From the IMG/VR virus record IMGVR_UViG_3300048073_000007: DNA of 42,169 nucleotides; one strand, given 5' to 3'. The DNA comes from a virus. Position numbers and translations under genes: made by a program. Below, piece after piece: positions 23,760 to 33,516 of the stretch. Numbering within the stretch: the first letter of the stretch is position 1; the number at the start of each line of letters is the position of its first letter. Below the pieces are notes generated by a model. That model ran no database searches, was not told where the DNA came from, and worked only from the letters and a program-made list of their open reading frames with translations.

Positions 23760-25036
23760 TGGCGGTACTGCACCATACGCCGGCTGAGTCCGGAGCGGTG
23801 CAGCGGGTATGCCTTGCGACGCCTGTTTACGACAGGCCCAGCGCAGGGTATGCCCATTCGATATTCGCCAGCTCGGCGGCATTCTCCCAAGCGGGGATTG
23901 CCGTCGAGTTGGCGATTCTTTCGGGTGACTGCCACGTCGACGACGCCCGCAATAGGCTGGTGCGTGATTTCCTCTTGGGGGACTGCACCGACCTTGTATT
24001 CCTTGATGCGGACATGTCGTGGCGTGCGCGCGATCTTGTAAAGCTGTGCCAGTACGACAGGGACGTTGTAGCGGCGACATATCCGCTGAAACAGGACGAT
24101 GACGCTTTCCCGGTGCGCTATCTCGGGAAAGAACTGTGGTCGGATAAGGACGGGTTGCTCGAGGTTGACGGGGTGCCCACAGGGTTCTTGCGCATCCGAA
24201 GGCACGTACTGCAGCGGCTATCGGATGAGGCCGTCAAGTTCAAGCCGAAGGCGGATCAGAGGGGCGACTTGCCGCTGATCTTCGAGCGCCAGGTACATAA
24301 CGGGTATCGGCGCGGCGGTGACTATGCGTTTTGCCACAAGTGGCGGCAGACGGGCGGGAAGATATACATCGACCCGGAGATTTGCCTTGACCACTCTGGG
24401 GAGCAGACGTGGAGTGGAAGCCTGGGGCATCACTTGCGGGTGGGTAATGGGGGCGCATTGGCCGCAGGGATAGCGGAGATTAGCGCTGGTATCGAGACGC
24501 CCAAGACGTTTGTGGACATGGTAGCCGCGTGGGGTAATACGTGGGCTGCGGATGCCGCAATGCTCAATACGGCCGTGCTGCTGGCGCGACGGTCAACGGG
24601 GCCGGTACTCGAATGCGGGTCCGGGCTCTCTACGCTGTGCATGGCGGCGGCCAATCCGGCGATTACGATTTACGCGCTCGAGCACTCGCAGGAGTGGTTC
24701 GACAGGATAACCGGGACGGCCGAAAGTCTCGGACTACGTAATATACGTATGCGGTATGCGCCGCTGCACGATGGCTGGTATGCGCGCGATCAGGTGCCGG
24801 ATGAGCGCTTTACGCTGGCTGTTTGCGACGGTCCCCCGCGCCAGTTGAGCGATAGGAGCGGGATCTTTGATTGTGCCGGCATAGATGGCGCGGTGTTGGT
24901 CATGGACGATGCGGAAGGCGATTACATCAAGCATCTGGCCGAGTGGACGGCGCGGCGTGGTGGGAATGTTCAGGTAGTCGGGCGAGCGCGCAAGTTCGCG
25001 GTTTCGACGCCCGGTAAGGTGGCCAATGGCAACTAA
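23759..25036 (+). CDS. Fusion of a GT-A-type glycosyltransferase (N-terminal) and a class I SAM-methyltransferase-like domain (C-terminal)
   Basis: N-domain: ATPVYDRP...DDARNRLVRDFL...LVFLDADM (DxD)...VVAATYPLK. C-domain: VLECGSGLSTLCMAA...LAVCDGPP. Confidence 0.7.
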   Translation: MAVLHHTPAESGAVQRVCLATPVYDRPSAGYAHSIFASSAAFSQAGIAVELAILSGDCHVDDARNRLVRDFLLGDCTDLVFLDADMSWRARDLVKLCQYDRDVVAATYPLKQDDDAFPVRYLGKELWSDKDGLLEVDGVPTGFLRIRRHVLQRLSDEAVKFKPKADQRGDLPLIFERQVHNGYRRGGDYAFCHKWRQTGGKIYIDPEICLDHSGEQTWSGSLGHHLRVGNGGALAAGIAEISAGIETPKTFVDMVAAWGNTWAADAAMLNTAVLLARRSTGPVLECGSGLSTLCMAAANPAITIYALEHSQEWFDRITGTAESLGLRNIRMRYAPLHDGWYARDQVPDERFTLAVCDGPPRQLSDRSGIFDCAGIDGAVLVMDDAEGDYIKHLAEWTARRGGNVQVVGRARKFAVSTPGKVANGN

Positions 25037-25439
25037 TAGCGATTACATCACGCGGGCGCTAAAGAAAATCGGCGTGCTGGCCGAGAGCGAATCGCCCTCT
25101 GCTGAGCAGGGGAGCGATGCCCTGGTCGTTATGAATGACATGTTTGCGGTGTGGGAGAGCGAAGGGATTGACGTTGGCTGGAAGCCTTCCGCCTCAACCA
25201 CGGACACGATTGACTTTCACCCTGCGGTACGCGAGGCGGTGGTTACGAACCTTGCCGCGCGGCTGTGCACGGACTACGCGCGGGAGCCTAGCGCTGTACT
25301 GGCGATCCTTGCGGTGCAGACGTACGAAAAGCTCTTGCGCGAGGCGATCAACGCCAAGGTTCGCGGGGTGCCGATGTGGCATATCCCGCTCGGTGAGGGC
25401 CGGATGGACTCCGGTAACATCCTGACCGGGGTTGAGTGA
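25026..25439 (+). CDS. Head-to-tail adaptor, P22 gp4-like
   Basis: ITRALKKIGVLAESESPSAEQGSDALVVMNDMFAVWESEGI pattern and position. Confidence 0.65.
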   Translation: MATNSDYITRALKKIGVLAESESPSAEQGSDALVVMNDMFAVWESEGIDVGWKPSASTTDTIDFHPAVREAVVTNLAARLCTDYAREPSAVLAILAVQTYEKLLREAINAKVRGVPMWHIPLGEGRMDSGNILTGVE

Positions 25440-26818
25440 TGGGGCAGACCAAGCTCCCCGTTCACTCCTACGCCCATGTATCAAAGCCAGTAGGGGTCGA
25501 GCGGCTAGTCAACTGCTTTGCCGAGGCGGCCCCTCCAGAGGGCAAGGCGCCGGCTGCGCTGATGAGGGCGCCTGGTATTGTGACTGGCGTCAACGTCGGT
25601 ACGGGCGTGGGGCGTGGACTGGTGCGGTTCGGCGGCCAGCTCTACGCGGTGAGCGGGACCGGGTTCTACAGTATCTCGAGCGGGCACGTTGCAACGCTGA
25701 TCGGGACGGTGGCCGGTTCTGATGTTGTGAGTTTCGCCGCGAACCAGAATGAACTTGTGATATGCGACAAGTCGGCGGTGGCGTACACCTATGACGGGAC
25801 CACTCTTGCCCAGATCTCAGATGTGGATTGGGATAACGGCGTTCAGTGCTGCGACCTTGATAATTACATTCTGTTCAGGAAGGGGGATTCCGGTCAGTTC
25901 TTCTCATCCGACCTTGCAGACGCCGCGAGCTACGACGCACTGTATTTCGCCACGGCCGAAGGGGCCGCCGATAAGCTGGTCGGTATTATCACGGACCACA
26001 GGCAAGTTGTGCTGGCTGGTGAGCACTCCATCGAACTCTGGTACAACACCGGGGGTGGAGACTTTCCGTTTCAGCGAGACGTAAACGGGTTTATCGAGAT
26101 CGGCTGTGCGGCGGGCGCCACGCTAGCCAAGGCCGATAACAGCATCTATTGGCTGGCCTCTGACCTTACTGTAAGGCGCCTGGAGGGGCTTACCCCGGTC
26201 AGGGTGTCTCAGCATGGGGTGGAGCAGGCCATCGCCACCTACGACGTTACCGACGCGTATGCGTTCGGTTACTCGCACGGCGGGCATATCTTCTACGTAC
26301 TGACCTTCCCGGATCAGGCAACGTGGGTCTATGACGCTACGACGCGGGAGTGGCACGAGCGGCAGAGCTATGGCCTGTCGCGCTGGCGTCCCTGCGCGGC
26401 GGCGTACTGCTACGGCAGGAACTACGTGCAGGACTACGAAACGGGCAAGGTCGGGTATCTGGACACGTCGACGTATACCGACTGGGACGATACCCAGCGG
26501 CTCGAGGCGACGTTCCCACAGGTGTATAACGGCGGCGGGCGGGTGTTTCACCAGTCGTTCGAGATCATGGCGGAAACGGGCGTCGGGACGGTAACGGGTG
26601 CTGGGAGCGATCCGCAGATCACGCTTGAGATGAGCGACGATTCCGGCAGGACGTGGCGCACGGCGGCGACAAAGAGCCTTGGACTACTGGGCGAGTACCG
26701 ATCGCGGGTGCGGTGGGAACGGCTCGGCTCGTCGCGGGATCGGGTGTATCGCGTGTCGATCAGCGATCCGGTCAAGGTCGTGCTGGCGGATGCCACACTG
26801 GTCGCCAATGGCACTTAA
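25436..26818 (+). CDS. Tail hub protein, P22 gp10-like
   Basis: 460 aa. Beta-rich sequence. Follows the gp4-like gene, as in P22. Confidence 0.65.
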   Translation: MMGQTKLPVHSYAHVSKPVGVERLVNCFAEAAPPEGKAPAALMRAPGIVTGVNVGTGVGRGLVRFGGQLYAVSGTGFYSISSGHVATLIGTVAGSDVVSFAANQNELVICDKSAVAYTYDGTTLAQISDVDWDNGVQCCDLDNYILFRKGDSGQFFSSDLADAASYDALYFATAEGAADKLVGIITDHRQVVLAGEHSIELWYNTGGGDFPFQRDVNGFIEIGCAAGATLAKADNSIYWLASDLTVRRLEGLTPVRVSQHGVEQAIATYDVTDAYAFGYSHGGHIFYVLTFPDQATWVYDATTREWHERQSYGLSRWRPCAAAYCYGRNYVQDYETGKVGYLDTSTYTDWDDTQRLEATFPQVYNGGGRVFHQSFEIMAETGVGTVTGAGSDPQITLEMSDDSGRTWRTAATKSLGLLGEYRSRVRWERLGSSRDRVYRVSISDPVKVVLADATLVANGT

Positions 26819-27962
26819 CAACGCACGGCTAAAAACGTTCCTGAACGTCCCTAGGGACCTTCGGGAGTGGACTAAGTATCTGCAGCAGGCGCTGGAGAAT
26901 TTCGCCAATACGCTCTCTACGTCGGATCTGACGGACATCACGGCGGCTGGCGCAGCGCTGGTAACGGCGGCGGATCTTGACGCGCAAAAGACACTTCTCG
27001 GGATCGGATCGGAAACGATTGATTCCGGAACCTACACGCCGACGCTGACGAACGTCACAAACCTTGATGCCTCAACGGCGTATCAGTGCCAGTACATGCG
27101 AGTGGGGAATACGGTCACGGTCTCCGGGCGGGTGGATGTTGACCCTACGGCGGCGGCGGCCTGTGAACTGGGGTTAACACTGCCGATCGCCTCGGACCTG
27201 GGCGCGCTCGAGGAATGCGCCGGGGTGGCCTTTGCCTCCGGTGTTGCCGGTCAGGGCGCGGCGATTGTGGGCGATGCCGCTAACGATCGGGCGTCGATGC
27301 GCTGGGTGGCGGTCGATCTGACGAATCAGCCGATGTACTTTTCGTTCAGCTACATCTGCCCGGACGCGGTGGCGCCTAGCGGGGATACGGTTACTTACAC
27401 GACCGGTACGGCCGTCACAGAGACCGTTCCTGGCGGCAAAACATCGGTTGTCATCAAGGCGTGGGGCGGCGGCGGGGCCGGCGCAGGAGCCGTTTACGGC
27501 GGGTACTGGGCCTTCTCAGGTGGTGGCGGGGGTGGAGGCGGATATAGCGAAAAGACGATTTCTGTAGCCCCAGGGGATACATTTACGCTGACCGTTGCGG
27601 ATCAGGTTACGGGGCTTGTCAACGTTAATGGGCCAGATGGCAACGCATCGACGGTGACGGGGACGGTTTCCGGTGGGTCGGTGAACATGAGCGCTGGCGG
27701 CGGGCTGGGCGGGCAGCTCGTCGGGACTGGTGGAGTGGGAGGTACGGCGAGTGGCGGCGATACGAACACGAGCGGGTCTGCTGGAGCGGCTAACGGTGGT
27801 GCTGGTGGCGCCGCTGGCGGTAGCGGCGGTGGCAGTGGTGGCAGCGCTAATGGTGGTTCTGGCTCTGTTCCTGGTGGTGGCGGAGGCGGCGTTAACGCTG
27901 CTAGCTATTCCCTGCCCGGAGGTAACGGGGCGCGTGGGCAGGTCTCGTTCACGTACACATGA
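26808..27962 (+). CDS. Needle-position protein (P22 gp26 slot): N-terminal coiled coil, C-terminal glycine-rich domain
   Basis: ATG 26808 overlaps the upstream stop region. C-terminus contains GGGGGGGGY and many GGxGG runs. Confidence 0.65.
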   Translation: MALNNARLKTFLNVPRDLREWTKYLQQALENFANTLSTSDLTDITAAGAALVTAADLDAQKTLLGIGSETIDSGTYTPTLTNVTNLDASTAYQCQYMRVGNTVTVSGRVDVDPTAAAACELGLTLPIASDLGALEECAGVAFASGVAGQGAAIVGDAANDRASMRWVAVDLTNQPMYFSFSYICPDAVAPSGDTVTYTTGTAVTETVPGGKTSVVIKAWGGGGAGAGAVYGGYWAFSGGGGGGGGYSEKTISVAPGDTFTLTVADQVTGLVNVNGPDGNASTVTGTVSGGSVNMSAGGGLGGQLVGTGGVGGTASGGDTNTSGSAGAANGGAGGAAGGSGGGSGGSANGGSGSVPGGGGGGVNAASYSLPGGNGARGQVSFTYT

Positions 27963-28405
27963 GACTTAAGGTTTCGAAGGACGCCGAGTTACTGAACCGC
28001 GTTATCAATCATCCGTCTGTATTCCCGTTCGTTAGCCTCGGCTACGACTCTGCGGATGTGACGCCGCTACTGCAGATGGATACGACGGTGTTTCTGGCGA
28101 CAGAGCACGGCGGGTTTTTGTTCGTCCAGTGCGGGGACGGGCTGTACGAGGTGCACACTCAGTTCTTGCCCGAGGGGCGGGCTGGCGTGCTCGCCCTGGC
28201 GCGGGAGGCTGGCGTTTACATGTTCAGCCGGACTCCGGCGCTTGCGGTGACAACTTTCGTTGCAGACGGTAACGAGCGGGCGCGCGGGCTGACGCTAGCG
28301 ATGGGCTTTCGCGAGATCGGCCCCAAGAGCATCAACGGATACGACGGTAAGGGTTATCTACTTACGATCAAGGATTGGGTATGCCAGCAGTTCCAGCAAT
28401 CATAG
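27959..28405 (+). CDS. gp14-position protein, possibly an acetyltransferase-like fold (DUF2824-like)
   Basis: ATGA overlap with the upstream gene. Assigned by position only. Confidence 0.5.
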   Translation: MRLKVSKDAELLNRVINHPSVFPFVSLGYDSADVTPLLQMDTTVFLATEHGGFLFVQCGDGLYEVHTQFLPEGRAGVLALAREAGVYMFSRTPALAVTTFVADGNERARGLTLAMGFREIGPKSINGYDGKGYLLTIKDWVCQQFQQS

Positions 28406-29613
28406 GCGCTGTCGGCGCCATCGGTGGCGCAGCCATTTCGGCCAATGCGTCCAAGAAGGCGGGAGAGGCGTCCGCTGCGGGCAGTGAAGCGGCCATAGCA
28501 GAACAGCAGCGCCAGTTTGATACCATCATGCAGTTGCAGCGCCCGTATTCGGTTACGGGTACTGGGGCCATGAATCAGCTCGCCAAGCTGTACGGGCTGC
28601 CCTATTCACCGTACTCTGATTCCGGCACTATGGGCGGCGGGCAGGGGTATAGCGGGAGCGGTATCCCGTCCAGTTCTTCCGGTCAGAGCACGGCCAACAA
28701 GCTATTCAACGTCAAGAGCGGTTCGTTCAGCCCCATTTCCAATACCAACATGCTGAGTTGGGGCGTTAACCCGCTCGCGCCGATTCAGGGTATTGCGAGC
28801 GGCGGGACTGGCTTTCTCAAGAAGTCGCTGGACCCGCTCGGGTTGTTCGGCAGCGACAAGCCAAAAATTTACCAGCAGAAAGACGGCACGATTCGCGTCG
28901 AGGGTAAGTCTGGTTCTTATGCCGGTGGGTACATTGATCCTGCCACCGGCCAAGCGCACGTCTACACGCCCGGCACTCAGAACCTTGACGCCGCGCTATC
29001 AGAGCAGGTGACGAATTACCTGCGTACCGGAGAGGGCAGCCTTGATCCTGTGCTGGGCCGGTTCTCTGATGCGGCCGGCAAGATGCGTTCGGGTGGGTAT
29101 TCCTACCAGGCTCCTGCGGACACGGACCCTAACGCGGTCAACGGCATTGTTACGCCGAGCGGGCCGGATATGTCGGGGTTCTTTGCGAGCCCCGATTACA
29201 ACTTCCGCCGCACCGAGGGCCAGCGCGGGATTGAGCAGTCGGCTGCGGCTCGAGGCGGTGCGTTCAGCGGTAACGCGCTCAAGGCGCTGAACCAGTACAA
29301 CAGCAACCTAGCCTCTGGGGAATACGGCGATTACTTTAACCGTCTGGCGGCCATGGCCGGTATCGGACAGACGGCGACGAACAACCAGAGTGCTGCGGCG
29401 ATGAATACGGGAAACAACATTGGCAACGCAATCATGGGCGCTGCGGATTCGCGGGCTAGCGGCATTGCGGCTGCTGGTAATGCGTGGGGTAATGCGTTCA
29501 GCAATATCGGCTCGCTAGCCGGTTCTATGTGGGGTCGAGGCGCTTTCGGGCCGACCAGCACGCAGAACAACGCGCTAGGGTATGGTTCAGGAACTAACGG
29601 GCTGTGGTCCTAA
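28381..29613 (+). CDS. Ejection / internal virion protein 1
   Basis: AGGA RBS. Gly/Ala-rich hydrophobic N-terminus. Occupies the gp7/gp20/gp16 slot. Confidence 0.6.
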   Translation: MPAVPAIIGAVGAIGGAAISANASKKAGEASAAGSEAAIAEQQRQFDTIMQLQRPYSVTGTGAMNQLAKLYGLPYSPYSDSGTMGGGQGYSGSGIPSSSSGQSTANKLFNVKSGSFSPISNTNMLSWGVNPLAPIQGIASGGTGFLKKSLDPLGLFGSDKPKIYQQKDGTIRVEGKSGSYAGGYIDPATGQAHVYTPGTQNLDAALSEQVTNYLRTGEGSLDPVLGRFSDAAGKMRSGGYSYQAPADTDPNAVNGIVTPSGPDMSGFFASPDYNFRRTEGQRGIEQSAAARGGAFSGNALKALNQYNSNLASGEYGDYFNRLAAMAGIGQTATNNQSAAAMNTGNNIGNAIMGAADSRASGIAAAGNAWGNAFSNIGSLAGSMWGRGAFGPTSTQNNALGYGSGTNGLWS

Positions 29614-29614
29614 T

Positions 29615-30619
29615 ATGGCATACAACGTAGCAGCGAATATGCAGCCGGTGAACTTCATCGGTAACATGCTGGCCGCTCGCCAGCAGGAACTGGGAAACTC
29701 GCTTGCGCAGCGAGAGATGGGGATGCGCGAGCAGAACGCGCTGATGCAGCGGCAGCAGTTCGACGCTCAGAACCAGCAGCGGCAGGCAGCGCAGAAAGAG
29801 CAGGAACAGGCCGCAACGCGCGAGTGGGTCATCAACGGCGCAAAGCACCTCGCGTCCGCGAAGTCAGAACAGGAATTCGCCATGCTCGCTGATCGGTACG
29901 CGAGCGATCCACGCACGCAGCAGCTCGGCATCACGCGCGATCAGATCACGCCGGACGGTGTTAGCCAGATCCTTATGGCGGCCGGTGGGTCTCCGGTCGA
30001 GCGGCAGGTCCCGTTCGAGCAGTCCGAAGCGTACAAGATGGAGCAGTTCAAGGCCGGCAACGCTCGCCGGCTGGAGATGCTGAAGCAGCGCGGGGATTCA
30101 GCGCCGAAGTCGGCGAAGCAGGAGGTTATCACCAGGCCAGTTGAAAACGGGATGCTGCAGGACTTTGCATACGATCCCGCTAACCCCAGTGTGCGCGCCC
30201 CGGTAGGCGCTCCGTACAAGCAGGGTTCCAGCAAGGCAGATGAAGCAGACGCCGGCCGCAGTCAGGCGCTAGCGCTGTATGAGACCGCGCGCGATGGGCT
30301 TATTGCGGGGCTTGAGGGGACATCTACTGGGCCCATTGCCGGGCGTGTCCCCGCATTTACGGCTGGCCAGCAGACTGCTGAGGGCGGTGTTGCGGCGATG
30401 GCTCCGGTTCTCAAGCAGTTGTTCCGGGTGTCTGGTGAGGGTGTTTTCACCGACAAGGACCAGCAGCTACTGCTCGATATGGTCCCGAAGCGGACTGATT
30501 TGCCAGAATCACGTAAGGCGAAGATCGAGAATATCGACAAGATCGTTAAGGCAAAGCTCGGCATCGGTCAGAGTGCTGGCGGGAAGAAAGTCATTTCATT
30601 TGGCAGTCTGGGCAAGTAA
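29615..30619 (+). CDS. Ejection / internal virion protein 2 (Q-rich)
   Basis: ATG 2 nt after the upstream stop. Assigned by position. Confidence 0.6.
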   Translation: MAYNVAANMQPVNFIGNMLAARQQELGNSLAQREMGMREQNALMQRQQFDAQNQQRQAAQKEQEQAATREWVINGAKHLASAKSEQEFAMLADRYASDPRTQQLGITRDQITPDGVSQILMAAGGSPVERQVPFEQSEAYKMEQFKAGNARRLEMLKQRGDSAPKSAKQEVITRPVENGMLQDFAYDPANPSVRAPVGAPYKQGSSKADEADAGRSQALALYETARDGLIAGLEGTSTGPIAGRVPAFTAGQQTAEGGVAAMAPVLKQLFRVSGEGVFTDKDQQLLLDMVPKRTDLPESRKAKIENIDKIVKAKLGIGQSAGGKKVISFGSLGK

Positions 30620-32361
30620 TGGACGTTGAACTTCCAAACGGGACGGTCATCACTGATGTCCCTGACGGCACTACGCAGACCGAACTCGTTAGGCGCCTCA
30701 GTGCCGCCGGTCACGATACTAGCTGGTACAGGGAATCGCTAAAGCAGTCGGACCCTAGCGAGTACGACCCGTCATCGCAAGAATATCAAGCAAAGTATGG
30801 GGCGACTTCCGGCATGTCGCGCGGACAGAAGTTCGCGGCGGGCGCCGGCCAAGCTGCGGTTTCTGCTGGGCGTGGATTGCGCCAGATAAACCAGAGCATC
30901 GGCGATGTTGTCATGCGCGCTCAGGGGATGCCGCTGCCGTCCGCTGATGCCGCTCTGCGTGCTCAGGAGACGGAGAACCAGAGGCTTGACGCTCCGCTGT
31001 TGAGCGACCCGTATGGACTTGCCGGTAACGTCGCGGGTAATGTGGGCATGGCCTATGCCGGCGGTAGCCTGTTGCGTGCAGTTCCTGCCACGCAGGCTCT
31101 TGGGCAGGGGATCATAAACCCGCAGACCATCAAGGGCACCGCCGCTTTGGGTGCCGGCGTGGGAGCACTTCGCCCTGTCGCAGAGGGCGAAAGCCGCACC
31201 CAGAATGCGCTGGTCGGTGGAGCCGTGGCGGGAGCGACTCAGGGAGCGGCAAAGTTGCTCGGCAAGATCGCGCGTCCGGTACAGGGCAAACTGTCTGTTC
31301 CTGAAAAGCGCGCTGTGGACACGCTCGAGAGTAACGGAGTGAAACTCGACGCGGCCCAGAAGTCTGGTTCAACGTTTCTAAAGCGCGCCAAGGCGGCGCT
31401 GTCTGATAACCCGATCACTGCCGGCGGGCAGGTCGCGGAGGCTCAGGCGCAGAAAACGTCATTTACGAGGGCAGTGCTTGAAAAGGCATTCGGTGTCACG
31501 TCCGATAGTGCTGATGACGTTACCATGGCGTCCGTCAAGGATCGCGCCGGGACGCTGTTCGATTCTGCGCTTGATGGCACCAGTATCCGTATGAGCGGGG
31601 CAGGAAAGACTAAGCTAGGTCTGTTGGTCGCGCGGTCAAAGCGTCTGCTAGGCGACGGCAACCCAATTGAGAAAACGGCCGATGCTATCGCGGATCAAGC
31701 CAAGGCAGGCCCGATAGACGGCAAATTCTATCAGATGATCCGGCAGGATCTGGCCGCGATGCAGGCCCAGCCTAACGTTAGTCCATTGGCTAGCGAAATG
31801 ATCGAGGGCCTTGATGACGCATTCCAGCAGGCCGCAGGAGGCGCTAAGGCCAAGCAGTTTCAGGAAGCGCGGCGGCTGTGGCGCAATATGAAGTTGGTAG
31901 AGCGCGCCATTGACACGGAAGGCAAGGGCGAGATCAGCGCGTCGAAGCTCGCCAACCTGTTCGGGCAGGGCCGCAACAGGAACGTTGGCGTATACGGGAA
32001 GGGCGACAAGTCAATTGTCGAGCTAATGCGGCTTGCGAAGGCTGGTAAACTGATCCTGCCTGAAAAGCTCCCGAACTCTGGCACGCCAGCGCGTCTATTA
32101 ACCAATCTTGCCGTGCCGGCCGGAATCGGCGCCGGGGTTGGATACGCCAAAGAGGGCGATCTGGGCGGGGCCATGGCATGGGGGCTAGGAGGCGCTGCGC
32201 TCCCGTATCTGCTGCAGCGTGGAATCAACAGGCCGGGTGGCGCTAACTATCTGGCCTCAGGAATGAATCCAGGCGCGGTGCGTAATGCGCTATTCGCGAT
32301 AGGTCAGGGCGGGCGGCTCGCTCCTGCTGCGCTCACGTCCGGTGTACTGGCGGCGCAGTAG
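30619..32361 (+). CDS. Ejection / internal virion protein 3 (580 aa)
   Basis: TAATG overlap with the upstream gene. Assigned by position. Confidence 0.6.
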   Translation: MDVELPNGTVITDVPDGTTQTELVRRLSAAGHDTSWYRESLKQSDPSEYDPSSQEYQAKYGATSGMSRGQKFAAGAGQAAVSAGRGLRQINQSIGDVVMRAQGMPLPSADAALRAQETENQRLDAPLLSDPYGLAGNVAGNVGMAYAGGSLLRAVPATQALGQGIINPQTIKGTAALGAGVGALRPVAEGESRTQNALVGGAVAGATQGAAKLLGKIARPVQGKLSVPEKRAVDTLESNGVKLDAAQKSGSTFLKRAKAALSDNPITAGGQVAEAQAQKTSFTRAVLEKAFGVTSDSADDVTMASVKDRAGTLFDSALDGTSIRMSGAGKTKLGLLVARSKRLLGDGNPIEKTADAIADQAKAGPIDGKFYQMIRQDLAAMQAQPNVSPLASEMIEGLDDAFQQAAGGAKAKQFQEARRLWRNMKLVERAIDTEGKGEISASKLANLFGQGRNRNVGVYGKGDKSIVELMRLAKAGKLILPEKLPNSGTPARLLTNLAVPAGIGAGVGYAKEGDLGGAMAWGLGGAALPYLLQRGINRPGGANYLASGMNPGAVRNALFAIGQGGRLAPAALTSGVLAAQ

Positions 32362-32407
32362 CAGGATGGCCCGTAACTTTGATTCCGGCATCCGCTCTAT
32401 GGCGGAA

Positions 32408-32436
32408 TTGATTGCTTGCACGGCCTTGTCTATAGC
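32408..32436 (+). promoter_or_regulatory. Candidate promoter TTGATT-17-TATAGC ahead of the tail fibre genes
   Basis: Lies in the 126-nt gap 32362..32487. Confidence 0.3.
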
Positions 32437-32487
32437 TGGCAGGGCCAAGGGGATTAACGCTGTGGCAATGATCCAGGGCTTCATGTA

Positions 32488-33513
32488 ATGGCTCTCTACC
32501 TAACCTTTCCCAAGCAGTTCTACGTAAACAGCGCTGGCCAGCCGTACCCTGCTGCTAAAATGCACACCTATCGTGCAGGGACCACGACCAACCTCGCCAC
32601 TTATACCACAGCCGCGCTCGGCACCCCGCACGCTAACCCCGTGGTGGCCGATTCTAACGGCATTTTTCCGGCCATTTACGTGGACCCAAACAGTGGGTAT
32701 GACCTAAAGGTTGTCCTTAAAGATCAAGCGGATGTCACGCTTTACACAGAGGACAACATACCGGCCACGCAGACGGCATTCACGACTGGGACGTTTACTG
32801 GGGCTGTGTCTCTAGTGGATACGCTTTCGGTCGCAGGTAACGAGGTTCGCGTCGTTCTCACCGAATCTGACGGCGGGACGAATGAGAAGAAGTGGGACGT
32901 TGACATTGCCGGCGCAGTTCTCAAGTTCCGCACGCGCACTGATGCTGACGCGGCCGGAAAGGACATCCTCACCGTTACTCGCGGGACCGGGACGGCCATT
33001 ACCTCAATTGCCTATGGAAACGCGACCGATAACCCTACGCATACGTTTAATGGAACGGTTACTGAGACGGCCGTACTCGGCAACGGCTCGACATGCTATG
33101 ACACGGTTGTAGGGTCGCAGAAGTCGGTCGGCGCAGTTGAGACCGGACAGTTTGAGTGTACGTGGAGTGGATTTAGCGCGGCTCCAGCGACCACAACCAT
33201 AGTCTACAAGCGCAGCGGCTATCACGTTACGCTGATGCTTCCTGCGAACAATAGCGGCACATCCAGCGCCACCACGTTCTCGTTTAGCGGCGTGCCGGCC
33301 GGTATCAGGCCGACGACATACCAATACGCCAGCGTCCCTAGAATGCAGGACAACGGCTCAGCGCTCACCACTCCCGCATTAGCTATCGTGCAATCGAACG
33401 GGGCCGTAGCATTCTACAAGGATGCGTCCGAGGCGGCATGGACCGGGAGCGGCAGCAAGGGCACGCTCGGCAGTGCCAGCTACGCAATTCCCATTACGTA
33501 CATCATCGCGTGA
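32488..33513 (+). CDS. Tail fibre / receptor-binding protein 1
   Basis: Its N-terminal 90 aa are paralogous to the next gene (FPKQ...YRAGTTT...PVVADSNGIFP.IY). Confidence 0.75.
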   Translation: MALYLTFPKQFYVNSAGQPYPAAKMHTYRAGTTTNLATYTTAALGTPHANPVVADSNGIFPAIYVDPNSGYDLKVVLKDQADVTLYTEDNIPATQTAFTTGTFTGAVSLVDTLSVAGNEVRVVLTESDGGTNEKKWDVDIAGAVLKFRTRTDADAAGKDILTVTRGTGTAITSIAYGNATDNPTHTFNGTVTETAVLGNGSTCYDTVVGSQKSVGAVETGQFECTWSGFSAAPATTTIVYKRSGYHVTLMLPANNSGTSSATTFSFSGVPAGIRPTTYQYASVPRMQDNGSALTTPALAIVQSNGAVAFYKDASEAAWTGSGSKGTLGSASYAIPITYIIA

Positions 33514-33516
33514 TAC

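Noticed and set aside
23409-24205. Minus-strand ORFs 23409..24080 and 23576..24205
   Set aside because: They are antisense to the coat 3' end and the glycosyltransferase gene, and their Arg/Pro-rich composition marks them as high-GC artefacts.
32290-32484. 64-aa minus-strand ORF in the gap before the tail fibre gene
   Set aside because: Its ATG lies only 3 nt from the divergent fibre ATG, leaving no promoter space. It overlaps the 3' end of the upstream late gene and has no RBS.
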